A DNA stretch of 64,000 nt from a virus (lineage: Duplodnaviria; Heunggongvirae; Uroviricota; Caudoviricetes): the IMG/VR virus record IMGVR_UViG_3300037502_002518, positions 5,712-69,711 of that record. One strand, 5' to 3'. How positions within the stretch are numbered: position 1 is the stretch's first letter; the number at the start of each line of letters is the position of its first letter. A model generated the notes under the pieces. It had not been told where the DNA came from, made no database searches, and saw nothing but the letters and a program-made list of their open reading frames with translations. This document shows positions 1 through 8,568 of this stretch, piece by piece. The position numbers and the translations under genes are program-made.

Positions 1-13
1 GTAAATAAGTATA

Positions 14-55
14 TTGACAAGTTAAACCTTACATGGTACAATGTATCATGTAAGG
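14..55 (+). promoter_or_regulatory. early promoter unit: TTGACA(14-19)-17bp-TACAAT(37-42) with 9-bp inverted repeat CCTTACATG/CATGTAAGG flanking the -10
   Basis: consensus sigma-A hexamers with 17-bp spacer; perfect dyad read directly from the sequence; followed by conserved leader AAATCTGAAATGGAG. Confidence 0.6.
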
Positions 56-74
56 TGAACAAATAAAATCTGAA

Positions 75-647
75 ATGGAGACGATGAAAATGAGACAATT
101 AAACATTAAATTTTTAGAAGAGAATCACAAAGAAATTTTGGAAGTGAATGGTAAGCTATATCAAGAAGTAAAGGATAATTATATTGACGGTGAAATGATG
201 TTTATTTCAGACCAATTAGATATTTTAAGATATTCTTTGGCTGATTGGTCAATTGGTAGTTATAATCATAACTATTTAAATATTAGAGATTATGGTAAGT
301 TTATTCTAGCAGTAAAAGAAATGGAAGAGAGTATTCCTTCTTTAAACGATAGCTACAAGTCATTTATTGAGGATATGGTTGAAAAAGTTTATAAATGTCA
401 TGATACAGAAATGTATACAGAAGAATATGAAAGTTTGTACAGAGAGGTTAAAAATGGGTCTAAATATCTTGCTAATGAAATTGTAAAAAATTGGACTGAA
501 ATTTTAGAGCCAAGCCGAGAAACGATTAAACAATATTTCTATGAATTTTATATTGACGATTATTTTTCTGATAGAGTAGACGATTTTATGATTGACGACG
601 ATATGGTATTGTATGAAAATATTTTAAAATCTTATTCTTGTAAATAA
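75..647 (+). CDS. hypothetical early protein, strongly acidic (D/E-rich C-terminal half); true start may be ATG at 84 or 90
   Basis: 190-aa ORF directly downstream of promoter/RBS; no recognised domain. Confidence 0.5.
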   Translation: METMKMRQLNIKFLEENHKEILEVNGKLYQEVKDNYIDGEMMFISDQLDILRYSLADWSIGSYNHNYLNIRDYGKFILAVKEMEESIPSLNDSYKSFIEDMVEKVYKCHDTEMYTEEYESLYREVKNGSKYLANEIVKNWTEILEPSRETIKQYFYEFYIDDYFSDRVDDFMIDDDMVLYENILKSYSCK

Positions 648-662
648 ACTTTTAAAAAGGTA

Positions 663-707
663 TTGACAATAACGTGTTTCCTTGATATGATTAAGTCAAG
701 GAAACAC
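663..707 (+). promoter_or_regulatory. early promoter unit: TTGACA-17bp-TATGAT with 12-bp inverted repeat GTGTTTCCTTGA/TCAAGGAAACAC around the -10
   Basis: hexamers and perfect dyad seen in sequence. Confidence 0.6.
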
Positions 708-766
708 TGGGTCAAAAAATAAATAAAACGTATGTTTTATCAAAATATAAAAAGGGAGAGATTGAA

Positions 767-943
767 ATGAATAGATTGCAAGTTTTTATTAATAATAAAT
801 GGGAATATGTATTTTGCAGAAATGAATTAAAGAGTTTTCCAGTAATTACAGATGATAAATTAAAGGCTGTTAGGGGAGATGAATATAGTCTACAATATTT
901 TGAAAGCAATTTTGGCAACTTAAAATTTAAAATAAGCAAATGA
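767..943 (+). CDS. hypothetical small protein (58 aa)
   Basis: ORF with RBS AAAGGGAGAG 7 nt upstream, not in supplied track (<60 aa); fits between promoter unit and next gene. Confidence 0.4.
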   Translation: MNRLQVFINNKWEYVFCRNELKSFPVITDDKLKAVRGDEYSLQYFESNFGNLKFKISK

Positions 944-982
944 AAAATCTGTTTTATTAAAACTGAAAGGGAGCTGTTAAAA

Positions 983-1312
983 ATGATTAGCAACGATAGA
1001 AAATTAGAAATTTTAGAAGAGAATGGTCGTATTAGTTGGGAGACGTATATTTATTTGAATCACTTTAACACTAGAACGTGTGGAGTTGATGGTCTGAAAG
1101 AATTGATTAATATTTGCGACAAAAACAACATTGATTTTTATGGAGTATCAAGTTTTTCAAACGGTAAAGAAATAAATGAAATGACAAGATTGTATGGTGT
1201 AGATGAGCGCAAAGTAATTTATTTAGGCTCTTACTATGGCGATTCATTATTTGATGAATATGGCGATGAATCAATCATTGATGATGATAGAATTTATTTA
1301 ATTGTAAAGTAA
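983..1312 (+). CDS. hypothetical early protein (109 aa)
   Basis: ORF with RBS GAAAGGGAG; acidic C-terminus. Confidence 0.5.
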   Translation: MISNDRKLEILEENGRISWETYIYLNHFNTRTCGVDGLKELINICDKNNIDFYGVSSFSNGKEINEMTRLYGVDERKVIYLGSYYGDSLFDEYGDESIIDDDRIYLIVK

Positions 1313-1334
1313 ATAATAATATTTAAATAATGTA

Positions 1335-1382
1335 TTGACAATCACTTAACCTTGTGATAATATATAGTTACAAGGTTAAGTG
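1335..1382 (+). promoter_or_regulatory. early promoter unit: TTGACA-17bp-TAATAT with 13-bp perfect inverted repeat CACTTAACCTTGT/ACAAGGTTAAGTG around the -10
   Basis: seen in sequence. Confidence 0.6.
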
Positions 1383-1420
1383 ATACAAAATAAAACCAAA
1401 AACTGAAAGGAAGTATTAAA

Positions 1421-1744
1421 ATGTTAGAATTAAAAGCATATGAAAGCTTAAGTAAAAATGTAAAGAATGAGATTGAAGACAATCTAGAATTCATGTTTGA
1501 AAAATATGAATCAGTAGAATCATTAATTGAGCAAGGTGAAATTAGATTATTTAATAGAAGTCAATTAATTGAATTTCTATTCTTTGACGATAGCAATAGT
1601 GATAAGAAAACATTGTTAGAATTGTTAAGCACAACAGATACACAGTTTCAAGGCTATAATGATGGATTAGATTATATCGTTCACAATAATTACGACAACG
1701 TTTTTGAATTATCAAATGGCATGTATTTATTTGTATGGCACTAA
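1421..1744 (+). CDS. hypothetical early protein (107 aa)
   Basis: ORF after RBS GAAAGGAAG. Confidence 0.5.
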   Translation: MLELKAYESLSKNVKNEIEDNLEFMFEKYESVESLIEQGEIRLFNRSQLIEFLFFDDSNSDKKTLLELLSTTDTQFQGYNDGLDYIVHNNYDNVFELSNGMYLFVWH

Positions 1745-1788
1745 GATTGAACAATAAAAATAAAAATCTGAAAATGGAGATGTTAAAG

Positions 1789-2010
1789 ATGAAAATTAAA
1801 AACATGGAGTCAAATAAATTTTACGGTGAAGGGGTATATATTCTAGCATACAATGAAGATGGATTAGAAGTAAGGGAAAGACAATACTTTGATAGTCAAG
1901 AAGATTTTAAAGATTGCCTAAAATTTCATGAAAACAATTTTGATTTTGTAGAAATTTTTACAGAGGACTATGCAAAATATCATGGCATTGGCTTTCCAGA
2001 AGGAGATTGA
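1789..2010 (+). CDS. hypothetical early protein (73 aa; track ORF 1735-2010 trimmed to ATG with proper RBS spacing)
   Basis: conserved leader AAATCTGAAAATGGAG then ATG 9 nt after GGAG. Confidence 0.45.
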   Translation: MKIKNMESNKFYGEGVYILAYNEDGLEVRERQYFDSQEDFKDCLKFHENNFDFVEIFTEDYAKYHGIGFPEGD

Positions 2011-2215
2011 ATTTTATAAGTGCAGGCGATTCAATTATCGCTTGCACAAAGGATTATTCAATCCAAAAAAATCTGATAGGGAGATGTTAAAAATGGCAAT
2101 TGATAACAAAGTTTTTGATGAAATTAATTCACAAGCTAGAAAACGAGGTTGTGTTGTCCTAGCAATTAAAGATGATTTACTGGGTCAAGACAATATTAAG
2201 CAGGTAGTACTGTAG
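1970..2215 (+). CDS. hypothetical small protein; probable true start ATG 2083/2092 after RBS GATAGGGAG
   Basis: ORF overlapping previous gene in another frame; start uncertain. Confidence 0.3.
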   Translation: MQNIMALAFQKEIEFYKCRRFNYRLHKGLFNPKKSDREMLKMAIDNKVFDEINSQARKRGCVVLAIKDDLLGQDNIKQVVL

Positions 2216-2363
2216 GACATGAGTAAAGAGGAGTTTATTTATACTCTTTACAATGCGACTGAACAGGCTTTCTTTGGTGGAAAGTATTATAATTATCATT
2301 ACAATTATGACGTGAGTGAAGCTTATGTATTAGCTTTTAAAAACTTTAGGGGTGTGATGAACG

Positions 2364-2639
2364 ATGAATAAAAAAATGAAAGAATATGAATTAGAAAATA
2401 ATTTTAGATATTATGTAAAAGAAAAGCAAATAAGACTTAAAAGATTAGGTAGAAATGTAAAAGTATTTGAGATTTTTAATGACATTGAAAAAGAGACAGG
2501 AATGACGTTTTCTAACATTAAAAGCATTTATCACAATAAAACTAATCCTTCAATTTTTTCCGCACTGTTACTAGCAAAGTATTTTAGAGTAAATGTTGAA
2601 GATATATTTAATATTGAATATGAAAAGGAGAATGATTAA
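2364..2639 (+). CDS. putative helix-turn-helix (XRE-like) DNA-binding protein
   Basis: 91-aa ORF; central segment LKRLGRNVKVFEIFNDIEKETGMTFSNIKSIYHN resembles a Cro/C1-type HTH. Confidence 0.45.
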   Translation: MNKKMKEYELENNFRYYVKEKQIRLKRLGRNVKVFEIFNDIEKETGMTFSNIKSIYHNKTNPSIFSALLLAKYFRVNVEDIFNIEYEKEND

Positions 2640-2640
2640 G

Positions 2641-2802
2641 ATGAAAATGACAATGGAAGAAATTAGAAATAAAAAGAACAAACTATTTGAAATGATTATG
2701 ATTGAAAAGAAAAAAGGTAATGAGCCAAGTAAAGAGTTGGTTAAAGAATATCGCAAGGCACAAAAGCAACACAAACAGATTGTTAAAGAATTATATTATT
2801 AA
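2641..2802 (+). CDS. hypothetical small basic protein (53 aa)
   Basis: ATG preceded by AAGGAGAATGATTAAG; lysine-rich. Confidence 0.4.
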   Translation: MKMTMEEIRNKKNKLFEMIMIEKKKGNEPSKELVKEYRKAQKQHKQIVKELYY

Positions 2803-2817
2803 TTTAAAAAAAATGTA

Positions 2818-2846
2818 TTGACAATAACAATAATGCATGATATGAT
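2818..2846 (+). promoter_or_regulatory. early promoter TTGACA-17bp-TATGAT
   Basis: hexamers seen in sequence; same upstream context (TGTATTGACAATAAC) as other copies. Confidence 0.55.
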
Positions 2847-2883
2847 TAAGTCAAGTTAAAAAACACTTTAGGAGGAATTATAA

Positions 2884-3456
2884 ATGAGAGAAAACAAATT
2901 TATTTTAGGATTCAATGAGCAAGGAAGTTTAGTTTTAGGTAGCTTTAGAATTAGAGAAAATGATTCAAAAAAAGAGTTTTGTGCTTCTTTTGAAGAGGTT
3001 GAGCCTTTTGTCGCAACGGATTCATATATCTTAGAACGTTTAGAAAATTTAGTTGAGGGTATGGATTCAGATTTGAAGTTTGAGATTTGTGAAAGATTTG
3101 ATGTTAGACCTAGTGAGTTAGCTGAAACAATTTATCAATATGATGGAATTGAAAGTGCGGTAGACATATCACTTTTCCCATATTCTTTTGAAGTTGATGG
3201 TGCTGAAGATGATGTTTATTTTGAATCAGGGGGTTGTGGACAGGTGGATGTTTTTGAAGGCTTTGGTGATGGAGATTTATTTGTAAGTGAAGAGTTTTAT
3301 AATTTGATTAGAGACACATGGAAAGAATATCATTTAAATGAAATTCCAGAAGATAAGCTAGAAGAGATGATGGAGCTATATGAAAAAGAAAAAGAAAAAG
3401 ATACAGACAGTTTAATTGTAAAATATTTAGAAAAAAATATTGCTATAGAATTATAA
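2884..3456 (+). CDS. hypothetical early protein, very acidic (190 aa)
   Basis: RBS TTAGGAGGAATT; long D/E/F-rich segments. Confidence 0.5.
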   Translation: MRENKFILGFNEQGSLVLGSFRIRENDSKKEFCASFEEVEPFVATDSYILERLENLVEGMDSDLKFEICERFDVRPSELAETIYQYDGIESAVDISLFPYSFEVDGAEDDVYFESGGCGQVDVFEGFGDGDLFVSEEFYNLIRDTWKEYHLNEIPEDKLEEMMELYEKEKEKDTDSLIVKYLEKNIAIEL

Positions 3457-3475
3457 ATTAATTTTAAAAAATGTA

Positions 3476-3521
3476 TTGACAACAACCTAAGCTTATGATA
3501 TGATATAGTCATAAGCTTAGG
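3476..3521 (+). promoter_or_regulatory. early promoter unit: TTGACA-17bp-TATGAT with 13-bp perfect inverted repeat CCTAAGCTTATGA/TCATAAGCTTAGG
   Basis: seen in sequence. Confidence 0.6.
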
Positions 3522-3544
3522 AAACAATTTAGGAGGTTTTATAA

Positions 3545-3724
3545 ATGGCTAGTAGATATAAAAGAACGTTTAAGTTTTTCGATACAGAAGACCAAGCAAA
3601 AACATTTTGTGATAATGAGAATAAAAATAGTTATATCAAAAAGAATCATAAAGCGACTTATACAGACTGGACAAGTCAAGACGGAAGTGAAAGTAAATTT
3701 GTAGCATGGTACGTAACAAAATAA
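3545..3724 (+). CDS. hypothetical small protein (59 aa)
   Basis: RBS TTAGGAGGTTTT then ATG; not in supplied track (<60 aa). Confidence 0.45.
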   Translation: MASRYKRTFKFFDTEDQAKTFCDNENKNSYIKKNHKATYTDWTSQDGSESKFVAWYVTK

Positions 3725-3753
3725 AATGATGGTTTCATTAAAAATGTTAGAAG

Positions 3754-4014
3754 GTGGATTTTATGCAGAGGTTAAAAAATACTTTCTCTAAAAGATTAAA
3801 AATAGCAAGAAAACAAAGTGGGCTGTCATTAAGGAAATTAGCACCATTAGTTGGGACTACTTATGTTAGCTTAAATCTTTGGGAAAATGGTAAAGCATTC
3901 CCACAAGAGAGATTTATATACAAAATTTCAGAAGTATTGGATGTTAGTTCTGATTGGCTATTAGGTTTTGACAATGAGTATAATTACTGTCCTCATTGTG
4001 GTGAAAAATTGTAA
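3754..4014 (+). CDS. putative HTH XRE-family transcriptional regulator with C-terminal CxxC (alternative start ATG 3763)
   Basis: RLKIARKQSGLSLRKLAPLVGTTYVSLNLWENGKAFP is a classic XRE HTH. Confidence 0.55.
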   Translation: MDFMQRLKNTFSKRLKIARKQSGLSLRKLAPLVGTTYVSLNLWENGKAFPQERFIYKISEVLDVSSDWLLGFDNEYNYCPHCGEKL

Positions 4015-4058
4015 ATAAAAGGATAATTTGATTTGAATTTGAAAGGGGTTGAATTAAT

Positions 4059-4238
4059 ATGAATAAACTTTTGGTGCAAGTTAACTTAGATTACAATGGG
4101 GAGTATGACTTCAACAATTATGGAATGGAAGTCTACTGGGTAGACAAATATTCACAAGACTTGTATGGAATACAAGGAGAATTGACAAAAGGTGAAGTTG
4201 AAAGCATACCATTTGTCATTCATGTTGAATCTAAATAA
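4059..4238 (+). CDS. hypothetical small protein (59 aa)
   Basis: RBS GAAAGGGG then ATG; not in supplied track. Confidence 0.4.
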   Translation: MNKLLVQVNLDYNGEYDFNNYGMEVYWVDKYSQDLYGIQGELTKGEVESIPFVIHVESK

Positions 4239-4268
4239 TAAAACAATTCAAAAAAGGGAGATATTAAC

Positions 4269-4721
4269 ATGGGAAAATCATATGCAGTTTATTTAGTTGA
4301 TTTAGAAAATAATAGTGAAACGTGTATTGGATTCTTTAAGGACAAAGACGATGCAAAAAAGTACTTTAAAAGAGTTGAGCAAGATATTGAAAAAAACAAA
4401 GAACAGGATAAGTGCAAGGCTGTCATGAGGTTGGTGTGGATTATGGCAAAAAAAAGAAATGTGGGAAGCTTAAAAAGGGGTGACAATATGAATACAAACA
4501 AAGAGAAAGAATTCACTTATAATGGTATTAATTGCAAGGTGTCTTATAATAGAACGGTAAAAGAATTTATATTAGAAGTTGAACGGAAAGATGGGTTGCC
4601 AAAGATTGTACTACTTTTTGGAGCTAAAAGATTTAGCCAACGGTCGCTAAAAATTGCTTACGATGTTGCTAACAAACGTGTCCTGCCTTATATGTTTGGA
4701 GAAAAGAAATACTCTCTATGA
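4269..4721 (+). CDS. hypothetical basic protein (150 aa)
   Basis: RBS AAAGGGAG; no recognised domain. Confidence 0.5.
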   Translation: MGKSYAVYLVDLENNSETCIGFFKDKDDAKKYFKRVEQDIEKNKEQDKCKAVMRLVWIMAKKRNVGSLKRGDNMNTNKEKEFTYNGINCKVSYNRTVKEFILEVERKDGLPKIVLLFGAKRFSQRSLKIAYDVANKRVLPYMFGEKKYSL

Positions 4722-4796
4722 GCCTCTAATCGCCTCTGAGGGGCATGCTATTGTAAATAAAACTAAGATTTTATTTATAAATAGTAAACAATGTTG

Positions 4797-4824
4797 TTGA
4801 CAAACAAAATGGTTATGCTATAAT
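4797..4824 (+). promoter_or_regulatory. promoter TTGACA-16bp-TATAAT
   Basis: hexamers seen in sequence. Confidence 0.55.
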
Positions 4825-4846
4825 GATTATATAATCAAAAAAGGAG

Positions 4847-5041
4847 ATGACTTTTATGAATAGCAATAGAGAAGTTGAAAAAATTATAAAATCTATTCAA
4901 AGGGATTTAGAAAAAAACAAGCAGGAGATTAAAGAAGTTGAATATGGTCCAATAGAATACAACTTCATCAATGGCAAGATTAAACAGGCAGAAGATACAC
5001 TTACTTATATAGATATGATGTTAAATGACACTGTATCTTAA
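4847..5041 (+). CDS. hypothetical small protein (64 aa)
   Basis: RBS AAAGGAGATG. Confidence 0.4.
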   Translation: MTFMNSNREVEKIIKSIQRDLEKNKQEIKEVEYGPIEYNFINGKIKQAEDTLTYIDMMLNDTVS

Positions 5042-5068
5042 AATTAATAAAAAAAGTAAATAAGTCTA

Positions 5069-5097
5069 TTGACAAGTTAAAGATGATGTGTTATGCT
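5069..5097 (+). promoter_or_regulatory. early promoter TTGACA-17bp-TATGCT followed by 7-bp dyad TGCTTAA/TTAAGCA and leader AAATCTGAAAGGAAG
   Basis: seen in sequence. Confidence 0.5.
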
Positions 5098-5140
5098 TAA
5101 GTTGTAAGGTTAAGCAAGACAAATTAAATCTGAAAGGAAG

Positions 5141-5425
5141 ATGGTCACTATGATAAACAAAGAAAAGGTACTTAAAAAAGCAGGGGAATTGGGAATGGAG
5201 TTAGGTTGTTATTCAAAGTCGATTGATGACATGACACAACCTCAATTAAAGAAGGTTCTGGATAACATGGAATACGAAGCAGATACAGACGTTTCAATCA
5301 AACGTAAAAAACATGTTGTCCAGATTAGCATTGTAGACTTCAAGGACAGACAAGAGATTGACCTTCTGGCAATCACAAAAGATGAGTTCATTAGTCGATA
5401 CGGAAATGAAAGATACCTAGATTAA
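5141..5425 (+). CDS. hypothetical protein (94 aa; start may be ATG 5150)
   Basis: ORF after conserved leader. Confidence 0.5.
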   Translation: MVTMINKEKVLKKAGELGMELGCYSKSIDDMTQPQLKKVLDNMEYEADTDVSIKRKKHVVQISIVDFKDRQEIDLLAITKDEFISRYGNERYLD

Positions 5426-5452
5426 TTTCTAGGTATCTAAAATAAAAAGGAG

Positions 5453-5671
5453 ATGTTTGAGGTGAGTTTAGATTTTAACGATTTAAAGACAATTGAAATA
5501 ATTCTAAAAGAAGATAAACGTTTTGCACAAAATTCAATTGACTATCGATACAACAAAGCGGGTTCAATTCATTTGTCTGATTCAGATAGAAGGTATGTTG
5601 AATCACAAAAAAACAAGGTTGAATTGATTGATGACCTGTTATCAAAAATTAATACTATAAAGGTTTATTAA
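5453..5671 (+). CDS. hypothetical protein (72 aa)
   Basis: RBS AAAAGGAGATG. Confidence 0.45.
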   Translation: MFEVSLDFNDLKTIEIILKEDKRFAQNSIDYRYNKAGSIHLSDSDRRYVESQKNKVELIDDLLSKINTIKVY

Positions 5672-5685
5672 AAAATAAAAAGGAG

Positions 5686-5901
5686 ATGTTTAAAATGAAC
5701 AAAAATGAAAACAAAACAAACACGTTACTACTGGTAGTTATTGCAGGTGCAATCCTATTCTTTGGGATTTTTGCAATGAACAAGTTTAATGAAAGCGAAG
5801 AAGAAAAAGAACGAGAAGAACGATATGAACAGCTAGAAAAACAGAAAGAAGAGATTGATAAAGTTAACGAGTATTTAGACCTTAGAGAAGAGCTTGAATA
5901 G
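5686..5901 (+). CDS. small membrane protein (one TM helix followed by an E/K-rich tail)
   Basis: hydrophobic stretch LLLVVIAGAILFFGIFAM. Confidence 0.5.
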   Translation: MFKMNKNENKTNTLLLVVIAGAILFFGIFAMNKFNESEEEKEREERYEQLEKQKEEIDKVNEYLDLREELE

Positions 5902-5915
5902 AAGTTAACAATTAG

Positions 5916-5960
5916 TTTACAGCCTACCATTAAAATGTTATAATTTAAATGGTAGGCTGT
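5916..5960 (+). promoter_or_regulatory. promoter unit: TTTACA-17bp-TATAAT with 13-bp perfect inverted repeat ACAGCCTACCATT/AATGGTAGGCTGT spanning from the -35 region to beyond the -10
   Basis: seen in sequence. Confidence 0.55.
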
Positions 5961-5987
5961 ACACAATAAAGCAGGAGATGATGAGAA

Positions 5988-6188
5988 ATGGGAAACTATA
6001 TCTATGATGAGAAGACAGACTTATATTACAAGAAAGAAGTAGAAGACGTCAAAAGTATTGATGATTTATTAGATGAATATAACAATGCAAAAATGCTATA
6101 TAAAATCTTTAATGATGATTCATATCTTGAGAAAATGGAAGAGGTAAAAGAAGAGATGAAAGGGATGATTGATAATGAAAGAAATTAA
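5988..6188 (+). CDS. hypothetical small acidic protein
   Basis: RBS GCAGGAGATG. Confidence 0.45.
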   Translation: MGNYIYDEKTDLYYKKEVEDVKSIDDLLDEYNNAKMLYKIFNDDSYLEKMEEVKEEMKGMIDNERN

Positions 6189-6603
6189 TTTTGATGAGTT
6201 GAAAGAGTTTTTGTTATACAAGAGAATTGCAGAGTGGGACGAGAATACGCTTATCTTAGATGACTTCACATTTATCTCAATCGAATGTACCGATTGGGAT
6301 TGCTGTGCAGGTGCAGGTGGCACATTTTCTGATGTTGAGCTGGATGCAGTTATAACAGACATTAAGATTGGTGATGTAAAAAATATAAATGATTCAGATA
6401 CTGTCGTAAGAGAGATTGAAATGAAAATATTTCATAATCAAAATAAAGTGGTATCTGTAAATGCTGAAGCAAATGCAGGTAACGGTGGATATTATTATAG
6501 TGTAGCATCGGTTGTATTGAGAACAGTATCAAATGGAGAAATGAAATTCAAGTTGATAGGTGCAGATAGAACTTTAGAAGGCACAAAGGAGAGAGTTGGA
6601 TGA
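6169..6603 (+). CDS. hypothetical protein (144 aa)
   Basis: ORF overlapping neighbours by ATGA-type coupling. Confidence 0.5.
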   Translation: MIMKEINFDELKEFLLYKRIAEWDENTLILDDFTFISIECTDWDCCAGAGGTFSDVELDAVITDIKIGDVKNINDSDTVVREIEMKIFHNQNKVVSVNAEANAGNGGYYYSVASVVLRTVSNGEMKFKLIGADRTLEGTKERVG

Positions 6604-6863
6604 AAAAGATAACACCAAGAGAAAAACGAATCATTCACGTTTTGGAAATGAAAGCAAGCAATACAGTTGCATCATCTCACTTTGAGGAGACAGATGAATC
6701 AAGACAATCATACAAAGACTTTACAGAGATATATAGACGTATTATAATGGAAGATGGAGAGGGTTATTATTCAGATGAATTTTTAACGATCGTAGAAAAT
6801 ATTAAAAAACAATTAATCGAAGCATTGAAAGATGTGCATGGAAAAAGATTAGGGAAAAGGTGA
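6600..6863 (+). CDS. hypothetical protein (87 aa)
   Basis: translationally coupled ORF. Confidence 0.5.
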   Translation: MKKITPREKRIIHVLEMKASNTVASSHFEETDESRQSYKDFTEIYRRIIMEDGEGYYSDEFLTIVENIKKQLIEALKDVHGKRLGKR

Positions 6864-6868
6864 ATTAA

Positions 6869-7180
6869 GTGGACAAAGATAAGTTATATCAAGAGAGATT
6901 TGGAAATTATGTGAAAGAGAAATTAAAAATAAGAAATAATTTTATGACTGGAATAGTGAAAAAAATGTCTATTCCAGAATTTGCCAAAGAAGTTGGTGTC
7001 TCAAAGGTATGGATGTATGAAATTATTAATGGCAATAAAAAAGCTTCAGATGAAAACATTGTAAATATATCTAGGGTGTTAGAGTTAGATGAAGTTGAAT
7101 CATTTAAAGTTGCAGGCAGAATTCATCCAGATGATTTAGAAGATTACAAAAAGAAATATTTAAAAAAATATTATTTATAG
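6869..7180 (+). CDS. putative HTH DNA-binding protein
   Basis: segment MSIPEFAKEVGVSKVWMYEIINGNKKASDENIVNISRVL resembles an XRE-type HTH. Confidence 0.45.
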   Translation: MDKDKLYQERFGNYVKEKLKIRNNFMTGIVKKMSIPEFAKEVGVSKVWMYEIINGNKKASDENIVNISRVLELDEVESFKVAGRIHPDDLEDYKKKYLKKYYL

Positions 7181-7495
7181 GTGGTGGTGGTTATGAACAA
7201 ATATAAGATGAGTCCAGAAAAGTACAAAGAACTCAGAAATGTATCAATTAGCAATATAGACCAGAGAGATGATGTTAGACACATTGTAAAAAGAAAAGAT
7301 GATAGGTTTAAATTTGACCTATATCAAGGCAAAAATAATGAGTTTAAAGAGTTGGAATCCAACGAAGAGAAAGAATATAGCATTGTTGACAAATTGATTG
7401 CAAATGTTCTTATGTTCCCCCCTAATAGGGCAGTCAAACGATATTTGTTTTGGACTTTGATATTAGCATTTTTGGGGAATATGTTTTTATTTTAG
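7181..7495 (+). CDS. hypothetical protein with C-terminal TM helix
   Basis: ORF; hydrophobic C-terminus. Confidence 0.45.
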   Translation: MVVVMNKYKMSPEKYKELRNVSISNIDQRDDVRHIVKRKDDRFKFDLYQGKNNEFKELESNEEKEYSIVDKLIANVLMFPPNRAVKRYLFWTLILAFLGNMFLF

Positions 7496-7522
7496 ATAAA
7501 AAAATAAAAAATAATAATATAT

Positions 7523-7562
7523 ATTGACTTTTAAAGAATATTTCTGTATCATTTAGGGTATA
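7523..7562 (+). promoter_or_regulatory. promoter TTGACT-17bp-TATCAT (and a second TATAAT 7557-7562)
   Basis: seen in sequence. Confidence 0.5.
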
Positions 7563-7608
7563 ATAATTGTAAAGGAACAAAGGGGAAAAAAGAAAGGGAT
7601 GGGGGACA

Positions 7609-8568
7609 ATGTTTAATCAAGAATTCAAAAAATCATTCTTAGACACATTCGAGAATGTAAAAACAAAAGAAACGTATTCAAGAATTTTTAAAAATTCAAT
7701 GACACTAGAGACAAAACTAAACAAAGACCTTTACAATTTTTCAAAAGCAGAAATAAATACTTTTCTAAAAGAATATCTAGTAGCTAAAACAAAACAGTCA
7801 ATCAGAACTTACGTCAGTGTTATTTCAAGATATGTATATTTTGCAAACGTTCAAGGGGTGACGGATAACACTGGAGAATATGTAAGCAAAAATCAAAAAT
7901 ACTTCTTTAAATATTTAAACAAAGAGACACAAATATATTTGTCAAAAAGTGAAATAGATTCTATCATCTTAAGCTTAGTAAATGCTCAAGATGCTTTTAT
8001 CATCAGTGCTTTATTCGATGGAATCGAGGGGACTAAAGTTGAAGAGTTAACAAGATTAAAAATTCAAGATATAGATGTTTTATCCAGAGTAGCAAAGGTA
8101 AAAAGTAAAAAAGGGGAAAGAGAAGTATCTATATCAAAAAGAACTGTTGATTTGGCTTTGATGGCAAATGGAGAGGTAGAGTATTATAAAAAGAATGGTG
8201 AATCAGAGCATGAAAGAGACACCATAGAGCTTGTTGAAAATTCACCATATATTTTAAAACCATCGAATTCCAGACCATCAAACGAGGGTTATGTTAGTCA
8301 CTATACAGTTTATAATAGACTTGAGATGATTAAAAGCCTAGAAGAATTTGAAGAGTTAAAAGATGCTTTAACAACAAAAAATATAATGAGAAGTGGTATG
8401 ATTTATGAAGCAAGTAAGATTGTTCAAGAAAATGGTACGTTAAGTCTGGACGATGTGAAAGACATTTGTAAGAAGTATAACGTTAGATACGTTTGGTCAG
8501 TGAATGACTTCTTAAACAAAGATGTGGTTGAATCAATATATGGAACATTGACAAAAGAAGCTGTTTAA
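7609..8568 (+). CDS. hypothetical 319-aa protein; N-terminal part weakly resembles the integrase SAM-like core-binding fold (speculative)
   Basis: long ORF with RBS AAAGGGATGGGGGA; no clear catalytic motifs. Confidence 0.5.
   Translation: MFNQEFKKSFLDTFENVKTKETYSRIFKNSMTLETKLNKDLYNFSKAEINTFLKEYLVAKTKQSIRTYVSVISRYVYFANVQGVTDNTGEYVSKNQKYFFKYLNKETQIYLSKSEIDSIILSLVNAQDAFIISALFDGIEGTKVEELTRLKIQDIDVLSRVAKVKSKKGEREVSISKRTVDLALMANGEVEYYKKNGESEHERDTIELVENSPYILKPSNSRPSNEGYVSHYTVYNRLEMIKSLEEFEELKDALTTKNIMRSGMIYEASKIVQENGTLSLDDVKDICKKYNVRYVWSVNDFLNKDVVESIYGTLTKEAV

Noticed and set aside
712-993. 93-aa minus-strand ORF spanning an early promoter unit and a small + strand gene
   Set aside because: It overlaps the promoter/dyad and a + strand ORF that has a proper RBS. 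Its composition is antisense-like.
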